DNA of 64,000 nt from Camelus ferus (lineage: Eukaryota): positions 23,500,001-23,564,000 of the forward strand of contig NC_045697.1 of assembly GCF_009834535.1 (NCBI RefSeq), written 5' to 3'. The notes beneath the pieces were generated by a model, which was given only the letters and a program-made list of their open reading frames with translations, had not been told where the DNA came from and did no database searches. Below, piece after piece: positions 29,001 to 39,350 of this stretch (position 1 is its first letter; every line of letters begins with the position of its first letter). The position numbers were made by a program, and so were the translations under genes.

Positions 29001-29924
29001 TCTAAATTAGACAAATTTATTAAATGACAGAGGAAAAGAAAAAAGGATCCTGACATTCTTCTATTTCATATTTGACCTGGAAGAATGAAGATCAAAGAAT
29101 AAATGACTCAAAAACTGGTTTTGAGAGTTTCCCCAGGAATAGCAATTTAATGAGAGGTGGATTAAAGGCAAAGAAACAAATAATCAGCATTTAATACAAG
29201 TAGCAGAGAAATATTTTAATGATAAACTAGAAAAGATGTTTAATGTCCAACTTGAAATAGCTCTCAATAAGTTTTAGATTCATACTCAGTGTCTTGATAA
29301 TGAAATAAAAGCACATGCAAAAAATGAGGGATATTTTCTTGAGAGCTGAAAGGCAAAGTTGATATAATTAGACCCAGAATTAAGGACTGGGTATAACCTG
29401 GTGGAACTAGGGCTGGTCAAACAAGATAAACACATGGTCTGCAAAAATATCAGCAGAATTATACTTTGCAACTAGTTAATATTAACAGAATTAATAACTA
29501 GATAAACACAAATGGGAGTGAAACCAGCACGGTGTCAAAATATCAAAAGATCTGCACTGAAACATTCAAAGCTGGAAGACTTCTGGCTTCCAGTTCCACA
29601 TGCAAGGGCTTAAAAACCCTTCCTTCGTTTCTATCCTTCACTTTTATCCTGAGAAACTATGGGATATTTTATAGTCTATTTCAGTTCCTTTGCCAAAAAT
29701 CTATCAATTATCTACTGATCAAAGTCCTTTATCTCTCAGAACCGAGTTCAAATATAACCTCCTCCTCAGGAAGCTTTCTCTATGCATTTTTCTCTGATTT
29801 TCCTGAAAAGTCTTTTTTTTTTTTTTTTTTTTTTTAATTTCTAAGTTCTCTGCGTTTTGTGATAAAGAAGAAGTTACTCAACTTCTATGAGTCAAACTCG
29901 TTTATCAGTAAAAATAGAGGGGAA

Positions 29925-32900
29925 CATGGTTTCTGGAACCACATGTAAAGAGCTTAGCAGTTGCCACTCTGTTCTAAAGACAACTAAAAAAAACTGAACA
30001 TGCTGAAAAATGAGCAAGTCTTCTTCTATCTGTAAGGGGAGAACACCGTGGTCCCCAAGATTGGAGAGAAAGACAGGTAAAAATACAGGGAGCCATGGTT
30101 TACTGAAGCAGATACTCAAGAGGGGAAACAGGATAGGAACCAGTGCCATGATAGGAACATCTGAACTATAATTGATAAATTGCTGAAGAATCATTGTAGA
30201 CAACTCTGACAGTTAAAAACTAAACCCAGTCCTTAGGGGCCCCCACAATATTGAGAGATTTATCTATAGCACCTTGACCAGGTTTCCGCAGTCAATACTG
30301 AAGAAAAACCCCCTCCAGCAGGAAGAGGAGAAAATAAAACATCAGCATATTCTGTTCTTTCTAACAAGGTCTGTACTCAGGGGAAACTAGTTAGTCAGTG
30401 CCTAACAACCTGGGGTATTATCAGGGCCTAACTGACCTAGGGGAAGGGAAATAATCAACTCCATCCCACTCTGGTCATTCTGTCTCACTTAAGAGGGAGA
30501 GAAAAGCACTGAGAAATAGTAGCCACATTCCCGGTCCAGTGGCATAGGCTCACTGAAAGACAGAGATCTAATCCTAAGGCTTATAGAACACACTGCCTCT
30601 CCCCTGCTACCTCACCACCATATTACTAAAGCACTATTTACATAAGTTCTTTTTACCAGGTACTTCATGTCCAACTGCCAGAGAAACACTAGAAGGCATA
30701 CCAAGAGGCAAAAAACACAATTTGAAGATACAGAATAAGAACTGGAAACAGATACGGCAGGGATGTTGGAATTATCAGCCTGAGAATTTTAAAAAAGTAC
30801 AATTAGTATTTTAAGGGCACTAATGAATAAAGTAGACAGCATGCAAGAACAAATGGGCACTGTGAGAAAAGAGATAAAAATTCTAAGAACAACAACAAAA
30901 AATTCTAGAGATCAAAAACACCGTAACAGAAGTGAAAAATGCCTTTGATGGGCTCATTAGTAGACTGGATAGTGCCAAGGAAAGAATCTCAAAGCTTGAG
31001 GATTTGACAATAAAAACTTCCAAAGCTGAAAAGCAAAGAGGAAAAATAAACTGAAAAAAACAGAACAGATCATCCAAGAATTGTGATTCAACTACAAAAA
31101 GTACACGTAATGGGAATATCAGAAGAAAGAGAGAAAGGAACAGGAAAAAATATTTAAATATTTGAACAAAACTTCCCCCAAATCAATGTCAGACACCAAA
31201 CCAAAGGCACAGGAAACTCAGAGAACAAGATAAATGCAAAAAAAAAGAAGAAAAAAAAAAGCCTACACCTACAAATATCATTTTCAAATTATAGAAAATC
31301 AAACATAAAAAAACCTAAAAGATACCAGAAGAAAATAAAACTTACATATAAAGGAACAAAGACTAAAATCACATCTGATTTCTTCTCAGAAACCATTCAA
31401 ACAAGAAAAAACTGAAGTGAAATAGGGTGTTGAGGAAAACCCCCAACCAAACTAGAATTCGGTAATCTGAGAGACTGGCTTTCAAGAGTGAGGTAGAAAT
31501 AAAGTCTTTCTCAGACAAACAAAAATTGAGGAAACAATTTCCCATAGATCTGCCTTGCAAGAAATGTTAAAAGAAGTTCTTTAGAGAGAAGGAAAATAAT
31601 ATAGGTTATAAACTTGGACTTATATAAAGTAAGGAAGAGCATCAAATGAGGAGTAAGTAAAGGTAACATAAAAACTTTTATTTTTATTATTATTAAGTAC
31701 TAAGAGATAACACTTTGTTTAAAATAATAACAATATATTTGATAAATACATGTGTGAATTTATAGACACATGGATGCTTACATATAAGTGAAATAACTGA
31801 TAGCAATAATACAAGTTTTGAGAAGGAGAAATTAGGATTATTTTGCTACTATAAGATAGTCAACTGTCCATCAAGTGGCATCGTACTATCTGAAATTAGT
31901 CTTGGATTAGCTGTAAATATATATTGCTAAAAAAGGAAAGAAAATGAAGTCATATAAAATACTCAATTAAAGCCACAAAAGACAGGAAAAGAGTGAAAGA
32001 CAAAAAAAGGAACAAAGAATAAGGGCAACAATAGAAAACAGCAGCAAATATGGTAGATATTAATCTGACTATAACAGTAGTCTCTTTGAACATAAAATTG
32101 TCTAAATGTACCAATTAAAGACAGAGATGGTCAAAGTAGATCAGAAAATAAGAGCCAACTATAAGTTGCCTACAAGAAACCCATTTAAAATATAAAGACA
32201 CATACATTAAAAGTAAATGGATGGATAAAAACATACTGTACTCACATTAATCAAAAGAAAGCAAGAGTAGTTATATTAATTTCAGACAGAGCAGACTTCC
32301 AAGCAAGGAAAGTTATCAAGGATAAAGGAGGGCATCACATAAAGAAAAAGAGGTCAGTTCTTCAAGGACACATAACAATCATTAATGTGTATGTACATAA
32401 CAACAGAGCATCAAATTATGTGAGGCAAAAACTAACAGAATTAGAAAGAGAAACAGATGAATCCACTCTAATAGTTGGAGACTTCTAAATACCTCTCAGA
32501 AAGGTACAGATCGAGCAGGTAGAAAATCAGTAAGGCTGTAGTTGAACTCAACAACACCATCAATCAACTGGATATAGTTGACATCTGCACACTATTTCAT
32601 CCAACAGCAGTAGAACACATCACCACCAATCAACTGGGTTCAATTGATATCCAAAGATGATTTCATCCCACAACATCAGACTACACATTCTTCTCAAGCT
32701 CACATGGAATATGTAGCAAGATAGACCACACTCTGGGCCATAAAACACATTTTAACACATTTTTAAAGAACAGAAGTAATACAATGTCTGCTCTCAGATC
32801 ACAATGGATTTAAACTAGAAATCAATAAAAGAAACATAGCTGGAAATTTTCAAAATACTCAGAGATTAAACAACAAACTTCCAAATAACACATGAGAATA

Positions 32901-33267
32901 AATCTCAAGAGAAATTTTAAAATATTTTGAGCTAAAGAAAAATGCAAAGACAAGTTATCAAATGCAAATAAGCATATAAAAAGATTCTCCACATCATATG
33001 TCATCAGGGAAATGCAAATTAAAAGAACAGCAAGATGTCACTACTTATCTATTAGTATGGCCAAAATCTAAAACAATTACATCACCAAATGCTGATGAAG
33101 ACTTGGAGCAACAAGAACTTTTAATCATTACCGGCGGGAATGCAAAATGGTACAATCACTTTGGAAAAGCCATTTTGACAGTTTTTACAAAACTGAACAT
33201 ACTTTACCCATAAAATCCAGCAATTTCACTCACTGACGTTTACAAAAAGAACTGAAAATTTTGTCCA
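29925..33267 (+). mobile_element. Degenerate L1M (L1MC/MD-like): 5' UTR, ORF1, inter-ORF region, endonuclease region, then ORF2 3' part (internal deletion)
   Basis: ORF1-like (aaaaatgcctttgatgggctcattagtagactgga, aaacttccccca, ttctcagacaaacaaaaattgaggaa). EN-like (ctacaagaaacccatttaaaatataaagac, aatagttggagactt, cacattcttctcaagctcacatggaa). Jumps at ~32960 to ORF2 C-terminal sequence (cagggaaatgcaaattaaa). Multiple stops and frameshifts. Confidence 0.9.
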
Positions 33268-33672
33268 GTTTTACAGTATTAATTCTTCCAATCTGTGAAC
33301 ACAGATTATCTTTCTGTATTTTCCTCAATTTTTTTCATCAAAGTCTTGTAAAGAGCAGTCACTTCCTTGGTTAAATTTATTTCTAATTATTTTATTGTTT
33401 TTGATACTATCATGAATGGAATTATTTTCTTTGTTTCTTTTAAGATATTTTGTTTTTAGCATATATAAATGCAACTCATCTCTATATGTTAAGAGATATA
33501 TGTTTATATATATATGTGTGTGTGTGTGTATTTATATACTGTAGCTTTAAGTTAATTTGTTGATTAGTTCAGTTTTTTGGTGGGGTATTTAGGATTTTCT
33601 ATATGTTAGATTGTATAATCTGCAAATAAAGATAATTTTACTTCTTTCTTTTTAATTTTGATGCTTTTTGTT
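33268..33672 (-). mobile_element. L1 ORF2 RT-domain fragment (antisense)
   Basis: Reverse complement reads …aaagaagtaaaattatctttatttgcagattatacaatc… (degenerate FADD region)…aaatttaaccaaggaagtga…gattggaagaattaatactgtaaaa. Confidence 0.85.
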
Positions 33673-34047
33673 ACACATTAAAAGGACTGTGATCAAGTGG
33701 GATTTGTCCCTAGGATGCAAGAATATTTCCATATACACAAATCAATAAATCTTTTTAATAGAATGAAAGATAACAATCGTATGATTATCCCAACAGATAC
33801 AGAATAAAAAGCATTTGACAAAATACAATATGATAAAAATCCTCAGAAAATTTGAGTATAGAAGAAACATATCTCAACCAGATACAAGACTATATAGGAC
33901 AAACCCACAGTTAACACTATGCTCCAGAGTAAAAGGTTGAAAGCTTTTTTTCTGAGATCCTGAACAAGACAAGGTGCTCAGTCTCACCACTCTTGTTCAG
34001 TGCAGTACTGGAAGTCCTAGCCAGAGCAATCAGACAAAGTAAAGAAA
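33673..34047 (+). mobile_element. L1 ORF2 RT-domain fragment (sense)
   Basis: tgatcaagtgggatttgtccctaggatgcaag…aaagcatttgacaaaatacaa…gtactggaagtcctagccagagcaatcagacaa. Confidence 0.9.
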
Positions 34048-34541
34048 CTAACTATCTGTTAAAACAAAAATGTTGTGATATTCAGCTAAATCTAAATTTA
34101 GAAACTATCACTCAACATTTATCATCAAAATTTAGGAAATAAATGTACTTGATAAATAAATGTATTTGTGGTTTGTACATGTATTTAAAGTTTATAAACT
34201 TTACATACATATGTATAGTTTGATAATTTATTAAATCTTCACATCTGAAAACTGATGCATTATAATTTAAAGTGTAAGTAATATATTAACTATAAATTTA
34301 ATTAAATGTCCTGTTTCTAAATCAGAAGCAAACTTAGCCTCTCCAAAATTGAAAGTAAAGGAGATCTAATTTTAATTTCATATCCAATGAAAAAAAAGCT
34401 TTCAGATATACTCTATATATGCCTGAAAATTAAAATATGCTTTCAATTTTCACATTTTTGCACTCTTATAAGTGAGAAAAAACTTTTTGTTGGATTGATA
34501 ATTGAACACAAATATCATATTTCTTAAGGTAATTTATGAAA

Positions 34542-34621
34542 TTCATATTGTAACATGAACATAACCATGCCTATTATTCAGTTCATACTGTAACATGAAT
34601 ATAACCAAGGATATTATTCAA
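34542..34621. repeat. 40-bp tandem duplication (2 copies)
   Basis: ttcatattgtaacatgaacataaccatgcctattattcag / ttcatactgtaacatgaatataaccaaggatattattcaa. Confidence 0.9.
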
Positions 34622-34984
34622 GTTGTTTGAATAATCCTTGATAAAATTCATGTAATTATCTCTATCAGGGAAAGTTGAAGAAAAATAAAATTTAATGCAA
34701 ATAAGCTTTTAAGAAAGAAGTCAGAATACTTGTCTATTGGATCCAAAGAAAGGTATTAAAGTAAAAGATTGAACCCAGTAATCAAGCATAAAAAACAGTT
34801 ATATAATAGCGCCATATATATATATATATATACAGTTATATAATAGCACCATATATATATGTTATATATATTATATAGCAAATAGAGTTATGGGCACTGG
34901 CTTTAGGTCCCATACAGGGACATGCTGAGTGCCCTGGTATATCTCATGGGCATTTGAAACTAAAAGTTCCTATTGATTGTTGTA

Positions 34985-35220
34985 AGATCTGGAGGTAGCC
35001 CACTTAGGTACCAATCCCAGTCTCTCACTTTATTAGTAAAGCAATTCTGGAAAAGTTGCAGTTTCCTTATTTGTAAGACAAGAATAATAGTGCTTCATAA
35101 GGTTGCCGTGAAGATAAAAACTATTTAAGCTTGAAAAAGACTTAAAGCAGTATTTAGCACATAGCAAATTCTTTAATAAACAGTGGTAACTGTTTTACTT
35201 TATTATTATAATTGTTATTA
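34985..35220 (+). mobile_element. MIR SINE
   Basis: aatcccagtctctcacttta…cagtttccttatttgtaagacaagaataatagt…ggttgccgtgaagataaa…tagcacatagcaaattctttaataaa. Confidence 0.75.
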
Positions 35221-37084
35221 TTATTTAGTAGTACCATCTTCTCCTGATCCTTTGCACCCAGAAAATACCTGTCATCTCAAAATAAAATTCTTCTGATAGT
35301 ATCGAGAATATTTTTACTACCGATAAAAGAAACAAATAACTTTGAATGTGTGCTCTAGGGAGGCAGAGTTGTTTCTACTGATGACTTCCTAGCTCTGAAA
35401 TTGCTTTCCAGAGACACAAGAATGTGAGCCTTGACCTATGAATCAAAGCATAGAGTCATCCTCTTTACTCGTCTTTTGTCTTAATGACATAAAAAGATCA
35501 ATCAGGTAGAGGAGTGATTAAAGCTGAGTTTCTTTCTGTGTATTTACCCAGAGGCAAAATCAATGAGCATCCCCAGTTAATAATAAAAAAAGTAATAAAT
35601 GAATAAGTAATCACATACTTTTTTGAAGGAAGTTACGTCTCAGCCTTGAGGTAGTTGTTGGTCAATTATTGATAGACTGATTCCTGCACATGAGTATTTT
35701 GAAACATATCTTTAGATCTCAACATATAATGGCAACCTCTTTCATTTACATCTGAATGAAAAAATAACTGCCTTTTTGTCCCCATATTATTAGTGTAAAA
35801 AGGGTCTTAAAGAAGGGCAAGGAGACGAGAGCTGATTTAACGTGAACAACCAAATAGCCCAAAATGTTACCACTGGAAGGTTTCATTACCATGTCAGCAA
35901 TGTGAAGAAACGAAGTCTACTTTCAAAAAATGTCTTTTCCCTCATAACATGTGACTGATTTTTAACATGATTCCAATGACATGTTTACTGCTATCAAAAG
36001 CAAATGTGATTTATTCCCCCAGGAAAATATTAGACACATTATAGAAGAGTAGAAAAAGTGTTATGTATGTGGCAATAGTTATACAGGGTTCTTTTTTTCT
36101 TAACGACATTCATCCATCATAAACTGACTCACTAATATGTTTTGTTTACTACCCTAATGAACAGTAACCCATACTATAGATAGAAGAAAAAATCTTTCTA
36201 CATATTACATGGTAAACACAATACTGTAAAATCAGACAGATTGTTGATCATGATTTAGAATACAAGAAAATGCTTTGAGATCTTGACTTCATTAACAATT
36301 CATACCTGAAATACATTGTTATGAAAACAGTTGTAAAAACAACTTGGGATATCACTTTGCCGTGACATTGTCATGTCTCATTTTTCCTGGTCCAAATCAT
36401 TAGAGAATTTTATTAAGTTCTTAATAAAATTACTATCTTAGGCCAGATTATTCTAAAATGCTTAAATTGTGTAGAATTCATAGACTTCATTGTGGCAAGA
36501 TTTAATGAACACCAAAGATATAACAAAAATGATTAGCCATGTTCCACTTCAGGAAATTTACTCCCTCGTGGCTTATGGCAAGCTATGATGTTGGAAGCTA
36601 ATTAGGGTTGAAATAAAGTCTTCAGTATCTGCAAATTTCTTATAGCCTTCTTGGTCATGGGTATGATTAATGCTTGAATCATATATAATTTTCAATTAGA
36701 TACAATAAAATCTTATTAAATATAAGCTGAGAAAATAAATATTGAAATCTGCTTTTAAAGATTTCAAAAGAAATTTAAGAGATATAAAAAAAAGTGGAGC
36801 CACAGAAAAATTGAGTATGGCATTTTGAATGTTGATCCAGTCAAGAAAACATCTTCTTGGGATTTGGGAGTTTGCATATGCAGTACATTAGTGAGTTGGG
36901 AAACAAAAATTTAAAGCTGAGAGTTTACACTTGCAGATGTTAGTTTTATCCATGAAAGGTTATGTTATATGAACTAAGAAAAGAAGAAAACAGGGAATAA
37001 ATATATCAGGGGTCCCCACTAAGTATGGGCAGAACAAAGATAAGCTATAAAGTTTGCTGATTTGGTGATTAAAAAAAAGGTAAT

Positions 37085-37370
37085 AAGGAGAAAAAAAGGA
37101 CACAAATGAACTTATCTACAAAACAGAAGCAGACTCACAGACATAGAGAACAAAGTTATGGTTACCAGAGGGTAGAAGGGGTGGGAAGGGGTAAACTGGG
37201 AATTCAAAAATCGCACCTCTTGGGGAGTGATAGAAATGTTAGCTATCTTGATTGAGGTAGTGGTTTCACTGGTGTATACATCCATCAAAATTCATCAAAT
37301 TGTACATCTGAAATAAATGTAGTTTACTCTACAGGAAATAGATCACAATAAAGGTGTTTAAAAAAAAAAA
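37085..37370 (+). mobile_element. L1 3' end with A-tail
   Basis: ggacacaaatgaacttatctacaaaacagaagcagactcacagacatagagaacaaagttatggttacc…aataaaggtgtttaaaaaaaaaaa. Confidence 0.85.
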
Positions 37371-37866
37371 GAAAATGGGTATGAAAAGTTGCTAAGAGAA
37401 GAGAGATTTTTAAAACCTCAGTTTGGAAACAAGATGTATGTGGATAGAGAAGAATCCGTGGTGGTAAATACTGCAAAATTAGAAGTAGGGTAGACACAGG
37501 GAACAAATTGGTTTTGACAATGAAATAACTAGGATTTAAGCATACATGTGATATTAGAGAGATTTTGATTAAATAAGGACTGACTATAAACGATAAAAAT
37601 GGAAACAACATAGTTTTTCCCTGCAGGAATCACGGTGAAGTTGAGCAGAAGAAGAACAAAGGGTGTATTCAAAGAGAAGGCAGATTATCATTCTGCTTTT
37701 AACATGAGGGTCTTTTGAAAGTGTTTGTAGACAGACGGAAGTAAGAGAGAAAATTTGAAGAGGTAGGAAAAATGAATTGATTAACAACATGAAGTCTAGT
37801 AAGAGGTAAAAAGAGAAGCAATTCAGCTTACAAGGAGTATACATGGGGAAGGAAACAGTGTCTGAG

Positions 37867-38238
37867 TGTTAGGTAGTTTAGATAGAAAAGAGCACTGGGC
37901 AGGGAGGGAGGCGAGGAACAATCCAAAACACAAGGAGCCTGAGCTGTCAATTAACAAGAGCACAGAGCACCTGAGTTGTCAATCTGTCAATCAATCAATC
38001 AATCAATCAATCACAAAACCAGGATACAGAACAGGAAAAAGAAAGGAACAGCACCATTTTTTCCTCTCTTGGATTGGCCTGCTCCCAATTCTAGGGGGTG
38101 TACTATCACAATATTTTTTACTTCACTAATAAAAATCTTGCTTGTATCATGCTTTCTGTCTCTTACCAAAAATTCTTTTTCTTTTTTTCAGGTGACTAAG
38201 AACAGAGACAATTCTTATTTTCCTTTTTCCCAGTAACA
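37867..38238 (+). mobile_element. ERV1-type solo LTR
   Basis: TG…CA termini (tgtta…taaca inverted ends), internal AATAAA and a short U3-type duplication. Flanks tgag / taag fit a 4-bp TSD with one mismatch. Confidence 0.75.
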
Positions 38239-38840
38239 TAAGGAGTAAAACAAGGCCAGCATTATTCAACACCTATTTTGCGAGGAACTAGGTATGGATC
38301 TTTAAGTACAACTTTGTTTGGACAAAGCTTTTCCTCATTATTCTCTAAGGTGATAAAATGTTATTGCTAAATATTAAATAAATACCTGATTTAGAAATTA
38401 TTGGTTTCAAGAAGAAAATTGCTCACTCTCAACATTTCCACCAATATCTCAAATCCACTGCTCACTCTTTTTTGTCAGTCTACAAATACTTATTAAACAC
38501 ATGTTAGGAATCAGAGACTACTCCTGCTCTAGCTAATTAAAAGATAAAGAAAACAGATGATATTATCTCAACAATCTTATATTCCATATAGGTCAAATAA
38601 ATAACACAAAGTTGGGGAAAAAATGAAAATAACATAACATTCTGGCTTCGAGAATTGTTATAAAGAGGATAACTTATGTAATACGGATAACAGTGGCTGT
38701 AGACACGATATTAGGTAGCCTGAAAGCACTTTCTAAGACACTTGATTTGAGGCCTGAAAATAAGAAATGTAATTAAATAAAACACTTAATTTTGTAGATA
38801 AAGCATTTCTAGAAGAATCATCAAAAGTGAATTACCAGAG

Positions 38841-39350
38841 GGGCTGCGGCGAGACGGGCCTCCGCGGGCCATGCCGGGCCTCCGCCAGAGCGCCGGCGGG
38901 CAGGGTCGCCGGGACTGTTGGCGGGAGAAGCGGGAGCCGAGAGGCCTGAGGCCGGCGGCGGGGAGAGGAGGAAACGCCGCCCAGATAGACCGGGGCCAAG
39001 CCGTGGGGCTGTGCGCTGCGCGCGGAGGAATCTGACTTCGTGGCTGCGCGCTGTGCCTGACTTCCGGTAGGCTCCCTCCGCCGGCTGGCTCACAAGTACG
39101 CTTGGGAGGCATTCCTCCTGCCTCATGGAATGAATGGGCTTTGTTTTGACGTGAGTCTCAACCGAAGGTGAGAAACCCGGAAGTGAGCCCGAGGAAGCGA
39201 AGCTGCAGAACCCCAGCAGACAGGTGGTGCAGAATGCCTTCCTGCAGGCTGCACATCAGGTGTCCTGGGAGGCTCGGTGGAGGGAGGCCCGGCGCGGGGA
39301 GGCCGGGACCAGCGACAGCTGGGGCAGCCCCCCGCCGGGCGTGCGGCAGT
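38841..39350. promoter_or_regulatory. CpG island with ETS/GABP-type and CRE/E-box-like motifs (inside the retrocopy)
   Basis: About 48 CpGs in ~510 bp by manual count, in an otherwise CpG-depleted window. ACTTCCGG 39060-39067, CCGGAAGTG 39177-39185, TGACGTGA 39147-39154. Promoter activity is not demonstrated. Confidence 0.7.

Noticed and set aside
34795..34880. Short duplication acagttatataatagc(g/a)cc with (TA)n, and other AT-rich quasi-palindromes (25100-25200, 53900-53985)
   Set aside because: Ordinary slippage around (TA)n microsatellites.
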